DNA of 64,000 bases from NCBI RefSeq assembly GCF_006345805.1, contig NC_043026.1, positions 3,844,001 to 3,908,000 on the forward strand, written 5' to 3'. The notes beneath the pieces were generated by a model. That model did not search any database and was not told the origin of the DNA. It worked only from the letters and a program-made list of their open reading frames with translations. Source of the DNA: Octopus sinensis (lineage: Eukaryota). This document shows, in pieces, positions 50,040-63,140 of the stretch. A program made the position numbers and the translations under genes. Positions within the stretch are counted from its first letter, which is position 1, and each line of letters begins with the position of its first letter.

Positions 50040-51064
50040 AGTGTGTGTGTATATGTTTGTGTGTCTGTGTTTGTCCCCCTAGCATTGCTTGACAACCGAT
50101 GCTGGTGTGTTTACGTCCCCATCACTTAGCGGTTCGGCAAAACAGACCGATAGAATAAGTACTGGGCTTACAAAAGAATAAGTCCCGGGGTCGATTTGCT
50201 CGATTAAAGGCGGTGCTCCAGCATGGCCGCAGTCAAATGACTGAAACAAGTAAAAGAGTAAAGAGTAAAAAAGAGTATGAGCTACCGTAAATCCTCGAGT
50301 ATAGTCCGCCCTTGAGTATAATATGCAGGGGATTTTTAGGGGGCTGTACCTCTGAAAAACTTAACCTTGTGTATAATACACACCCCTTCTCTAACTTGAG
50401 TCAAAGAGGTCTATATAACATCCTTGGTTTGTAAAAATGTATATGGTAAAGTCCTTTATTATTATTGTATATATAGCATAATGCGAACGTGTAGCTTTTT
50501 TGTGCATTTTGTTTGCAGAAAATAAAGAAATAACGTTTCGTTTTTGGATTTGGTTTGCAAGATTCTTTATATGAGTTCGTATATTGAAGCATATTCTATT
50601 GTGTCTGGGGAGAGTCATTTTCTTTTTGTGCCTTATAATGTAACACACTCGCCTGTAAAATTTCCTATTTCAAAACCATTGAAAAGGTTGCAAGACGCAA
50701 CGAAAATTTTAGGACAATAAAAATAAGAAAAACGTGGAAATTTTACCGGTGAGTGTGTTATATTATAAGGCACAAAAAGAAAATGGCTCTCACCAGATAC
50801 AAAAGAAATAACAGTAATAATGTTTAATATATGTTGCTTACTGCAAGTTATGGATGATTCTTTTATGACTTCATTGCTTTCATTGTATTTTATAGTTAGT
50901 TCACTATATTTCATATTTTTTAGTTCACTATATTTCATATTTTTTAGACACCACAAAACTTTTGTCCCATGGTTTTTCGTTCTGAATTCAATCGTTTTGT
51001 GCCTTTCCACTTCGCTATTTTACTTAAGTCAGCATTAACATCGGTTAAGATATAAATATTAACC

Positions 51065-51823
51065 CAGTGGTTTTCAACCAGGGTTCCGCCAGTACAGTCC
51101 AGGGGTTCTGCAAGAAGTTACAAAACTGCTAAAATCGGCAGTAATTTTTAATTCTCCTGTGCAGATATGTGTGCATAAGACTATTAAATTATTGCACAGG
51201 GGTTCCTCGAGCCAGTGGAATGTTTCCTTGGGGTTCCGCTCCAGCAAAAAGATTGAAAAGCACTGGTCTAACTAGTGTCTAACTGACTGTGTCTAACTCA
51301 GTGGTTTTCAACCAGAGTTCCGCCAGTACAGTCCAGGGGTTCCGCAAGAAGTTACAAAACTGATAAAATCGGCAGTAATTTTTAATTCTCCTGTGCAGAT
51401 ATAATAATAATTGTGTACAGTGCTCAGGTGCACTACAACTCATCTAAAGTGCATATATAATCAGGTGTAGTTTCGACGGATTTCGGGAAGCATGAGGGCC
51501 TTAAACGATGCAGTGTCATGGCAGTCAACAACTGACGCAGGCAGTTTATTCCATGCTTCAGCAACTCTGAGCGTGAAGAAATGTTTCCGAAAGTCATGGG
51601 AGCCGTGTTGTTTTCTGACTTTGTAGGCATGTCCACGTGTGTTGGACACATGGAGATCAAAAAGGTATTCAGTGTTGTTGTTGGTGAGGTGGTTGATAAC
51701 TTTGTGGGTGTTTACCAAGTCCGTATGTGTGCATAAGACTATTAAATTATTGCACAGGGGTTCCTCGAGCCAGTGGAATGTTTCCTTGGGGTTCCGCTCC
51801 AGCAAAAAGTTTGAAAAGCACTG
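51065..51823 (-). mobile_element. Dimeric copy of the hAT-like MITE (same spacer as the 25577 array), interrupted by a LINE fragment
   Basis: CAGTGGTTTTCAA ... TTGAAAAGCACTG ends; flanks TATTAACC / CATTAACC. Confidence 0.85.
51403..51722 (-). mobile_element. 5'-truncated CR1/L2-like LINE (ORF2 C-terminus + 3' UTR + TAA-type tail)
   Basis: DLVNTHKVIN...NTRGHAYKVRKQH..FRKHFFTLRVAEAWNKLPASVV. Confidence 0.85.
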
Positions 51824-52407
51824 CATTAACCACATCTTCCTATATTATAAACTATATAATAATTGGGAGGGGAATTTTAAGATTTCGAATTTTTCTTTTT
51901 TTGTCCACAAGGGGCCAACGAAGAGGGGACATAAAACATAAAAACGTGTCGCATAATGCATGAAAATAAAATGATAAATGGAAATGGTCTACCTGCCCCA
52001 CTTCACGTACCATCACTTACTTCCTTCAGTTCCTTCGTACACCGACATATCCAAGCTGTATTTTTAGTTAGTTCACCATTTTTCATATTTTCTGATATAT
52101 CTTCTGTGTTACAGTGAATTCTCCAAATAAAATAACCACCCTTGTATCCAAATATCTATTCTTAGACCCTCAATCTATTCTTAGACCCCACAAAACTTTT
52201 GTCCCATGATTTTCCTTCTGAATTCAATCGTTTTGTGTCCTTCCACTTCGCTATTTTACTTAGCAAGTCAGCATTAACATCGGTTAAGATGTAAACATTA
52301 ACCACATCTTCATATATTTATTTGTTTACTACCCACAAGGGGCTAAACATAGAGGGGACAAACAAGGTCAGACAAAGGGATTAAGTCGATTATATCGACC
52401 CCCAGTG

Positions 52408-52825
52408 GGCAATCTTTCGTCTCTAGTAGACCTTTCCGTCGATTTCCGTAAAAATTTTTTTTTTTTTACATATGGGCTTGCGGGAACTTTTGAAGTAATG
52501 AGAACGAAAGAGACTAAGAGAAAGCGATTGTATTACGAGGGAAGTTCTTTTGAAGTACCGTGCATGGAGCATTGATGTACATGTGTGTGTGTGTGTTTGA
52601 TGGGGGGGTGTGGGAGACAGACAGTATGTGTTGTAAGCGAAGTGCTTCTGTTAGTGTGTGGAAGAGACAGAGTAATGTGTGAAAGAAAGAGATAACTGAA
52701 ATTTTTTACTCGGTGTATGTGTATATGTATGTATATTACTTCAAAGTTCCCGCAAGCCCATATGTAAAAAAAAAAATTTTTTTACGGAAATCGACGGAAA
52801 CGTCTACTAGAGACGAAAGATCGCC
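52408..52825. mobile_element. Same long-TIR MITE, rearranged copy (no TSD match)
   Basis: Termini match 46699-47121; the right TIR is partly deleted. Confidence 0.75.
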
Positions 52826-53813
52826 AAAACTTGTGATATAATGCATGAAAATAAAATAAATGGATATGGCCTACCTGCCCCACTTCACGTAGCATCACTT
52901 ACTTCCTTCAATTCCTTCGTACACCGACATATCCATACTGTATTTTTTAGTTAGTTCACCATATTTCATGTTTTTTAGTTAGTTCACCATTTTTCATATT
53001 TTCTGATATATCTTCTGTGTTACAGTGAATTCTGCAAATAAAATAACCACCTTTGTATCCGAATATTTCCCTCAATCTATTCTTAGACCCCACAAAACGT
53101 TTGTCCCATGATTTTCCTTCCCAAGCACATGGTTCCGGGTTCTGTCCCACTGCGTGGCACCTTGGGCAAATGTCTTCTACTATAGCCTTGCGCCAACCAA
53201 AGCCTTGGGAGTGGATTTCGTAGATAGAAACTGAAAGAAGCCCATTGTATATATACATATACATATACATGTGTGTGTATTTGTTTGCCCCCCACCCCCA
53301 CCCCAGCATTGCTTGACAACTAATGTTGGTGTGTTTATGTCGCCATAAGTCAGCAGTTTGGCAAAAGTGACCGGTAGAATGAGTACTAGGCTTACAAAGA
53401 ATAAGTCCTGGGGTTGATTTGTTCGACTAAAGGCAGTGCTCCAGCATGGCCGCAGTTAAATGACTGAAACAAATAAAAGAATAAAGGAAGAAATGAATAG
53501 TAATCCAAGACATTACAATTGGGGGAATTGTGACCCCCTTCAGTCATGAATGACCATGGGATTGCACCTAGAAAGTTACCCTCCGAGGCACAAGTCCGGG
53601 CAAGGTTGTTTATGGAAGACCAGCAGTCGCCGCCCATGCATACCAGCCTCATCTCTCCACAACACCAGTCTTCTGTCTTATGCCAGTATATATGTGGAAG
53701 CCAGTGAGGAAGATCTCTATATGGTAGCCATACCTTGTAGAAATAGCAGCCAATTCTCTCACAAATTACACTTATGTATACAGGGTATGTATGAGTCAAC
53801 AAGAGAAATCTCT

Positions 53814-54314
53814 GGCGATCTTTCATCTCTAGTAGACCTTTCCGTCGATTTCCGTAAAAAAATATTTTTACAGAAGATATATCAGAAAATATGGGCGATC
53901 TTTCGTCTCTAGTAGACCTTTCCGCCGATTTCCGTAAAACAATTTTTTTTTTTACATATGGGCTTGCGGGAACTTTTGAAGTAATATACATACATATACA
54001 CATACACCGAGTAAAAAATTTCAGTTATCTCTTTCTTTCACACATTACTCTGTCTCTTCACACACACTAACAGAAGCACTTCACTTACACAACATACTGT
54101 CTGTCTCCCACTGCCCATCAAACACACACACACACACATGTACATCAATGCTTCCCATGCACGGTAACTTCAAAAGAACTTCCCTCGTCATACAATCGCT
54201 TTCTCTTAGTCTCTTTCGCTCTCATTACTTCAAAAGTTCCCGCAAGCCCATATGTAAAAAAAAAATTTTTTTTACGGAAATCGACGGAAAGGTCTACTAG
54301 AGACGAAAATTGCC
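53814..54314. mobile_element. Same long-TIR MITE with 8-bp TSD AAATCTCT and a duplicated left end
   Basis: AAATCTCT at 53806-13 and 54315-22. Confidence 0.8.
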
Positions 54315-54779
54315 AAATCTCTATATAGTAGTTGGAATCGGTAGAAACAGCAACCAAATCTCTCACAAATCACATCCTACTGTCTTATATATGGAGATCC
54401 CTCTTCGGTCATGAAAGACTATGGGATTGCACCTAGAAAGTTACCCACCGAGGCACAAGTCCGGGCAATGTTTTTTATGGAAGCCCAGCAGTCGCCAACA
54501 CATACTGGCCTCCTCTCTCTCTACGCCACCGATGTCATCCAAGGGAAAGGCAAAGGGGCCGATACAGCTTGACACCAGTGACATCGCAGCTCATTTATTA
54601 ATGTGCAAGTGACTGAGCACTCCACAGACACGTGTACCCTTAATGTAGTTCTCGGGTAGATTCAGTATGACACAGAGTGTGACAAGGCTGGCCTCTTTGA
54701 AATACAAGTACAACAGAAACAGGAAGAAAGAGTGAGAGAAAGTTGTGGTGAAAGAGTATAGCAGGGTCCACTACCACTC

Positions 54780-55645
54780 CCAGAAAATGGCGTTTGGCAA
54801 AGTTGTAGAAATTCTCTGACAACCACTTCTGACTCTTTCCAATGGTATGGCAAAACGCTGAATCCTGCCACCACAAATGTATGAACCTCCAGCAGCAACT
54901 TTCTCCAACTAAGGATTCGCTACAATCTCCAGCAGCTTCACAGAGTTGTCTGAACTGAGCCGAAGGCCTTGTTCAAAGTTGTGAGGAGTTGTCTGAACTG
55001 AGCCGAAGGCCTTGTTCAAAGTTGTGAGGAGTTGTCTGAACTGAGCCGAAGGCCTTGTTCAAAGTTGTGAGGAGTTGTCTGAACTGAGCCGAAGGCCTTG
55101 TTCAAAGTTGTCTGAACTGAGCCGAAGGCCTTGTTCAAAGTTGTGAGGAGTTGTCTGAACTGAACCGAAGGCCTTGTTCAAAGTTGTCTGAACTGAGCCG
55201 AAGGCCTTGTTCAAAGTTGTCTGAACTGAGCCGAAGGCCTTGTTCAAAGTTGTGAGGAGTTGTCTGAACTGAACCGAAGGCCTTGTTCAAAGTTGTCTGA
55301 ACTGAGCCGAAGGCCTTGTTCAAAGTTGTGAGGAGTTGTCTGAACTGAACCGAAGGCCTTGTTCAAAGTTGTCTGAACTGAGCCGAAGGCCTTGTTCAAA
55401 GTTGTCTGAACTGAGCCGAAGGCCTTGTTCAAAGTTGTGAGGAGTTGTCTGAACTGAGCCGAAGGCCTTGTTCAAAGTTGTCTGAACTGAGCCGAAGGCC
55501 TTGTTCAAAGTTGTGAGGAGTTGTCTGAACTGAACCGAAGGCCTTGTTCAAAGTTGTCTGAACTGAGCCGAAGGCCTTGTTCAAAGTTGTGAGGAGTTGT
55601 CTGAACTGAGCCGAAGGCCTTGTTCAAAGTTGTGAGGATGAACTC
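54780..55645 (-). pseudogene. Tc1/mariner-superfamily (maT/DD37D-like) transposase fragment with an internal minisatellite expansion
   Basis: Minus strand: HNFEQGLRLSSDNSVKLLEIVANP*LEKVAAGG.YMWWQDSAFCHTIGKSQKWLSENFYNF (second catalytic Asp in QDSA). Confidence 0.65.
54944..55638. repeat. 33/43-bp minisatellite, ~18 units
   Basis: GTTGTCTGAACTGAGCCGAAGGCCTTGTTCAAA with an optional GTTGTGAGGA. Confidence 0.97.
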
Positions 55646-55799
55646 TGGTGAGTGGATGCAGTCAGAATGTCTGCTGTGTCATCTCCAGCTTTGGAATTTC
55701 TCCGTTGCAGCTCTCTATGTCATGTCTTGTGAACAAGACCTTTGTTCACAGAGCACTGAGCAGCAGACATGATGTGTGTGTGTGCGTGTGTAGAGAAAC

Positions 55800-55806
55800 A
55801 GACAGG

Positions 55807-55838
<32 letters not shown>

Positions 55839-55839
55839 C

Positions 55840-55918
<79 letters not shown>

Positions 55919-55952
55919 TAGATAGACAGATATATATATATATATATATAGA

Positions 55953-56008
<56 letters not shown>

Positions 56009-56573
56009 TAGATAGATAGATAGACAGATAGATAGATAGATAGATAGATAGACAGACAGATGGGCGGCCAGAAAAATAGATAGACAGAGGGACAGAAAAA
56101 TAGGTAGGTAGATATGTTTCTTTATTAGCCACACAGGGGCTGCACAAAGACGGGACAAATTACAAGGTAGAGCTTTTCTTTTGGGGATAACAAAAGGGGG
56201 GTTTGGTTTTCGATCAAAAGGGATCGTAAAAAGAAAGAAAGAGGAAAGCAAAAAAAAAAAGGGGGAGGGGAATAAAATAAAAGGTAAAATAAAAAATCGA
56301 TCAATAGGGATCGTTATCACAGAAATGTCAATATAAAGTGTAAAGGGGAGGACAGGTGAGGTTTACCCGTGGAAAGAAAAGCCTATGGAAAAGACCACGG
56401 TAACCTCGGTCAATGAAGTCACATGTTATATATTTTTTTTTTACAAATAAGCAACTCTCTGTATTAATTTTTACGGTTCATAGGATCATAGTTAAGGTGG
56501 CTTCGTCATTCATACGTGCCATCCTTGCTACATTCACCCATCTTTTTTTAAAACATTCGCTAGACAGACAGAC

Positions 56574-56646
<73 letters not shown>

Positions 56647-57096
56647 TGTAGGTAGGTAGGTATGTAGGTAGGCAGACAGGCAGGTAGGCAGATAGATAGA
56701 TAGATATGTTTCTTTATTAGCCACACAGGGCTGATCACATATTATAAAGTAGAGCTTTTCTTTTTAGGGAGAAAAAAAATAAGTGGGGTAGGTTTTCAAT
56801 CAAAAGGGATCGTAAAAAGGGAAGAAAAAAACGATCAATAGGGATCGTGTATCACAGAAATATCATGATGTAAAGTGTAAAGGGGAAGCAGATAAGGTTT
56901 ATCCGTGAAAAGAAAAGCCTACGGAAAAGACCACAGTAACTTCGGTCAATAATGTTACATGTTAACACATTTATTTGTAAGTAAGTAAATCTCTGTTTTA
57001 AATTTTTCCGGGTTCATAGAATTATGCTTGCTACATTCACCCATCTTTTTTTAAAACATTCGCTAGACAGACAGATAGATAGATAGATAGATAGAT

Positions 57097-57149
<53 letters not shown>

Positions 57150-57150
57150 G
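55800..57150. repeat. (GATA)/(GACA) tracts separating a duplicated ~400-bp segment (56113-56560 vs 56706-57075)
   Basis: Shared GATATGTTTCTTTATTAGCCACACAGGG...GCTACATTCACCCATCTTTTTT; probably a retroposon 3' end. Confidence 0.75.
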
Positions 57151-57559
57151 AGTGGCTGTGTGGTAAGTAGCTTGCTAACCAACCACATGGTTCCGGTTTC
57201 AGTCCCACTGCGTGACATCTTGGGCAAGTGTCTTCTGCTATAGCCCCGGGCCGACCAATGCCTTGTGAGTGGATTTGGTAGACGGAAACTGAAAGAAGCC
57301 GGTCGTATAAATGTATATATATATATATTTGTATGGTGTGTGTATATGTTTGTGTGTCTGTGTTTGTCCCTCTAGCATTGCTTGACAACCGATGCTGGTG
57401 TGTTTACGTCCCCGTCACTTAGCGGTTTGGCAAAAGAGACCGATAGAATAAGTACTGGGCTTACAAAAGAATAAGTCCCGGGGTCGAGTTGCTCGATTAA
57501 AGGCGGTGCTCCAGCATGGCCGCAGTCAAATGACTGAAACAAGTAAAAGAGTAAAAGAG

Positions 57560-57609
<50 letters not shown>

Positions 57610-58645
57610 ATGGAAAGATAGAGAGACAGACAGAAGGAGATTAGAGGGGATGTTTTTGATATTGAAAGTAAGAAAATGTGTGTGTGTGATCGGCTGCGAG
57701 ACAGAGAAAGCCGAGAGGCAAGTAAGGAGGTCAGAGTAAAATGCAACAAGCAGAGAAAAGGTAGGACAGTATGAGAAGAAAAGAAAGGCATAAATAAAGG
57801 CGGAGAGAGAAAGAGAAATTGGCAGAGAAGTTGAAGAACAGTGGATAGAGACGGAGGGGGAGTGTGATGGTATGAGAGAGTGATAGTGTGAGAGAGTGAG
57901 GAGGAGGAGGAGGGTGAGTAAGAGACAGAAAAAAGGTCAGGGGAAGAGAAAGAAAAGCAAGAAAAGAAGTGAAGAGAAAATAGTAGAGATTGAAGAATAG
58001 TTAGAAAGAGAAAGGGAGATAAAGAGGTTAGAGAGAGGGAATTAAAGGAAAGAGAGACAAAGAGAGAGAGAAAATCGTGAGAGATTGAATAAGAGGGAAG
58101 AAGAGGGAGAAAGAGAGAGAAGAAGGGTTAAACAGAGAGAAGGAGAGAGGGAGAGACTAAAGAATAGTTAAAGATAGAAAGATGAATAGAGTTTGATCGA
58201 GTGAGTGAGTGAGGGGGAAATGAGAAAGATAGAAGATAGGGAAAGAGGTTAGTGAGAGAGAAGAGAGAAAAGAAGATAAGGAGGAAGAATTGGGAGAGAT
58301 TGGAGATTAGTTTGAGAGAGAGCAAGAGAGACTTAGAGAGAAAGGAGGGGCATAGAGTGAGTGAGTGAGTGAGTTGATGAAAGATGGTTGCGCGGAAGGG
58401 AGAGAAAGAAAGAAAGACAAAGAGAAAGTAGAAAATAAGAATAGAAAGCGAGAGACTTGGAAATTATAGAGAGGGGTGGAGAGAGAAAGAAAGAGAATAA
58501 GGGAAGTAAGAAAGAGAAAGAGGTTATTGAGAGACAAAGCAAAACGGAGACAGAGAGAGTGAGAGAGAGAAAGAGAAAGAGAAAGACAGAGAGAGAATTA
58601 ATGAGAAAGAAAAAGAAGCAACATAGAGTTATTATAGACAGACCA

Positions 58646-58701
<56 letters not shown>

Positions 58702-58903
58702 GTAGGTAGGTAGATAGATAGATAGGTAGGTAGGTAGGTAGGTAGGTAGGTAGATAGATAGATAGATAGATAGGTAGGTAGGTAGGTAGGTAGGTAGGTA
58801 GGTAGGTAGGTAGGTAGGTAGATAGATAGATAGATAGATAGATAGGTAGGTAGGTAGGTAGGTAGGTAGGTAGGTAGGTAGATAGACCAATAGATAGATA
58901 GAC

Positions 58904-58935
<32 letters not shown>

Positions 58936-60551
58936 CGATAGACAGACCGATAGATAGATACTGGAAGGAAGAAAGAATGAGAAAGAGAATGGACAATAAG
59001 TAAGAGAGAGAGAGAGAGAAGTTAGTGATAGACAAAGGAAAATAAAGAGAGAAAGAGTGAGAGAGAGAGAGAGAGAGAGTGTGTGTGTGTGTGTGTGTGT
59101 GTGAATAACTAAATGATGGGGGAAGTGAGTAAATGAGAGAAACAGGTCAGGGTAGAAAGAAAAGGTAAGAATATAGTTATAGAAAGACAAAGTGAAAGTG
59201 TAACGGGAAAGAAACGATGGAGTGGATAGAATAGTTTCGTATAGAGAGGGAAAGAGAGGGGAGAGAGAGAGAGAGAGAGTAGAAAGAGGGTATAGAAAGG
59301 GGTGGTAGAGGGAGGAAGAAAAAGGGAGAAATGAGGGCAAATTGAGAAAGGAGGACATGAAGAGAAAACCGAGAGAAATGAGGGCAGACGAAGGGAAAGA
59401 GTTAGAAGCAGACGATACAGGGAGAGTGAGAGATATAATGGGAGAGAGAGAGAGAGAGAGAGTAAGAGATTAATGGAGAAGAGAGAGAGAGAGAGAAGAG
59501 TAAGAGATATAATGGAGAAGAGAAGAGAAGGATAACAGATATTACATTGAGAGAGAGAGAGAGAGAGAAAGAAAGAGAGAGGGATAACAGATATTACATT
59601 GAGAGAGAGAGAGAGAGAGAAGAAAGAGAGAGAGGGATAACAGATATTACATTGAGAGAGAGAGAGAGAGAGAAGAAAGAGAGAGAGGGATAACAGATAT
59701 TACATTGAGAGAGAGAGAGAGATAGAAAGACGAGAGGGGATAAATATATTACATTGAGAGAGAGAGAGAGAGAGAAGAAAATATGAGAGAGGGATAACAG
59801 ATATTACATTGAGAGAGAGAGAAGAGAGAAGAAAGAGAGAGAGGGATACGATATTACATTGAGAGAGAGAGAGAAGAGAAGAAAGAGAGAGAGGGATAAC
59901 AGATATTACATTGAGAGAGAGAGAGAGAGAGAAGAAAGAGAGAGAGGGATAACAGATATTACATTGAGAGAGAGAGAGAGAGAGAAGAAAGAGAGAGAGG
60001 GATAACAGATATTACATTGAGAGAGAGAGAGAGAGAAGAAAGAGAGAGAGAGAAAATGCGAAGGAAAATATGGGGAGAGGGAGAGAGGGAGAAAAGTGAG
60101 AGAGATGATGGGTGAGAGGGAGAATAGACGATATACTGAGAGAGAAATGAGAGAGAGAGAGAGAGAGGGGGAAAGGAAAAATTGGAGGGAGAATATGGGG
60201 AGAGCGAGAGAAGGAGAAGAGTGAGAGAGTAAATGAGAGAGAGAGGGAGTACAGACGATATATTGAAAGAGAAAATGAGAGAGAGATGTAGGAAGAAGAA
60301 ATGAGATGGAGAGGGGGGAGAGAGAGAGAGAGAGACAGAGAAAGAGAGAGAGAATGAATGAACAGTGGTAAAGATCTTGGGAGAGAGAGGGAGTCTAGAC
60401 GATATATTTAGAGAGAAAATGAGAGAGACTGGAGAAGAAGAAAAGAAGGGTAAAAAGAAGGAAAAGTGGTGAGAAAGAGAGTGAGGAAGGAAAGAGGGGG
60501 ATACAGATGAACAAAGAAAAATATAGTGAGAAATAGGTTCACCTATAGATG

Positions 60552-60586
<35 letters not shown>

Positions 60587-60710
60587 TAACAGTAAGACAG
60601 GTAAATAGAGCGGTAGACAAATCAACGGACGTGTGTGCATGTGTGTCTTTACGCGCACACGCACGTACGCATTCGTATAGATAGCTAGACAGACAGGCAG
60701 AAACAAAGAT

Positions 60711-60741
<31 letters not shown>

Positions 60742-60742
60742 C

Positions 60743-60781
<39 letters not shown>

Positions 60782-60871
60782 CAGACAGAAAGAAACAAAG
60801 ATAGAAAGAAAGATAGATAGCTAGATAGATAGATAGACAGACAGGAAGAAACAAAGATAGAAAGAAAAATG

Positions 60872-60906
<35 letters not shown>

Positions 60907-60934
60907 TGGTAGACAGACAGAAAGAAACAAAGAT

Positions 60935-60969
<35 letters not shown>

Positions 60970-61003
60970 CAGACAGGAAGAAACAAAGATAGAAAGAAAG
61001 ATG

Positions 61004-61065
<62 letters not shown>

Positions 61066-61200
61066 CAGAAGCAAAGGGCAGGTGAGAGAGACAGAGAGGG
61101 AGAGAGAAGATAAAAGAAACGGTAAAGAGACGGAGAAAAAGTGACATAAAACTAAAAGAAAGATAAGGTGATATAGATACAGAGATCGATTGATAGACTA
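57560..61200. repeat. Purine-rich low-complexity tract: (GATA)n, (GGTA)n, (GA)n, including a ~49-bp minisatellite at ~59530-60050
   Basis: Minisatellite unit GAGAGAGAGAGAGAAGAAAGAGAGAGAGGGATAACAGATATTACATT, ~10 copies. Confidence 0.9.
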
Positions 61201-61429
61201 GAAACAAGCTTGATGTATATATTAAATAAGAGCAACCTAAATGCATATTATAAACATAGTTAACACACACACATACACCGACATAATGCATAAATGTACA
61301 TATGTATGTATGTATGTCATTATTCAGTTTATTTCAAGATTTGCCAATAGAGAAAGAACTGGTTTCTAACCTAGATCCAATGTTCTTTCATTCGAATTTC
61401 GATATCAACAACAGGGTATTTGGATATTT

Positions 61430-62765
61430 TCAGTTTGAACGGCAGTTTTTTAAAATAATTTCCACGTAACTAAACACTTTAAAACTTCGTATACTGGTAG
61501 AATGTGCTTATAAAACGTGTTTTTCTCTTGGCTTTCTTGAGAAAATTCTATAGTTTGTAAGATATTTGGGATCTTTTCGGTTTGAACGGCAGTTTTTAAC
61601 AATTTCTAGGTAACTAAACACTTTTAAACTTCTTATACTGGTAGAATGTGTTTATAAAACATTTTTATCTCTTGGCTTTATTGAGAAAATTCTATGGTTT
61701 GTAAGATATTTGTTGTTTTTTTTTCTTCAATTTCTGCAATTTCAACCAATCAATGACGTCTATTGAGGTGAAAACATTCTGTGCCATATGAATATGTCCC
61801 TCGTTTAAGAAACGATCTTTTCGGTTTGAACGGCAGTTTTTTTAATTAATTTCCACGTAACTAACACTTTTAAACTTCGTATACTGGTAGAATGTGTTTA
61901 TAAAACATTTTTATCTCTTGGCTTTATTGAGAAAATTCTATGGTTTGTAAGATATTTGTTGTTTTTTTTTCTTCAATTTCTGCAATTTCAACCAATCAAT
62001 GACGTCTATTGAGGTGAAAACATTCTGTGCCATATGAATATGTCCCTCGTTTAAGAAACGGATCTTTTCGGTTTGAACGGCAGTTTTTTTAATTAATTTC
62101 CACGTAACTAAACACTTTTAAACTTCGTATACTGGTAGAATGTGTTTATAAAACATCTTTTTCTCTTGGCTTTCTTGAGAAAATTCTTGAGGTGAAAACG
62201 TTCTGTGCCGTATGAATATGTCCCTCGTTTAAGAAACGGATCTTTTCGGTTTGAACGGCAGTTTTTAAAAATAATTTCCACGTAACTAAACACTTTTAAA
62301 CTTCGTATACTGGTAGAATGTGTTTATAAAACATTTTTATCTCTTGGCTTTATTGAGAAAATTCTATGGTTTGTAAGATATTTGTTGTTTTTTTTTCTTC
62401 AATTTCTGCAATTTCAACCAATCAATGACGTCTATTGAGGTGAAAACATTCTGTGCCATATGAATATGTCCCTCATTTAAGAAACGGATCTTTTCGGTTT
62501 GAACGGCAGTTTTTTAAAATAATTTCCACGTAACTAAACACTTTTAAACTTCGTATACTGGTAGAATGTGTTTATAAAACATCTTTTTCTCTTGGCTTTC
62601 TTGAGAAAATTCTTGAGGTGAAAACGTTCTGTGCCGTATGAATATGTCCCTCGTTTAAGAAACGGATCTTTTCGGTTTGAATGGCAGTTTTTTTAATTAA
62701 TTTCCACGTAACTAAACACTTTTAAACTTCATATACTGGTAGAATGTGTTTATAAAACATCTTTT
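61430..62765. repeat. Second tandem array from the same TIR element as 47995-49443, opposite orientation, mixed ~145/200/260-bp units
   Basis: Recurrent GATCTTTTCGGTTTGAACGGCAGTTTT with longer units including CAACCAATCAATGACGTCTATTGAG. Confidence 0.85.
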
Positions 62766-62776
62766 TAAAAATAAAA

Positions 62777-63140
62777 TAATAATAATAATTGTGTACAGTG
62801 CTCAGGTGCACTACAACTCATCTAAAGTGTATATATAATCAGGTGTAGTTTCGGTGGATTTCGGAAAGCATGAGGGCCTTAAAGGATGCAGTGTCATGGC
62901 AGTCAACAACTGACGCAGGAAGTTTATTCCATGCTTCAGCAACTCTGAGCGTGAAAAAATGTTTCCGAAAGTCATGGGAGCTGTGCTGTTTTCTGACTTT
63001 GTAGGCATGTCCACGTGTGTTAGACACATGGAGATCAAAAAGGTGTTCAGTGTTGTTGTTGGTGAGGTGGTTGATAACTTTGTGGGTGTTTACCAAGTCG
63101 GTCACCAGACGCCGGAGCTTCAGTGTATCCATGCCCAGGG
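62777..63140 (-). mobile_element. 5'-truncated CR1/L2-like LINE, same family as 51403-51722
   Basis: ORF 62839-63132 (MDTLKLRRLVTDLV...WNKLPASVV) plus (TAA)n-type tail. Confidence 0.85.
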
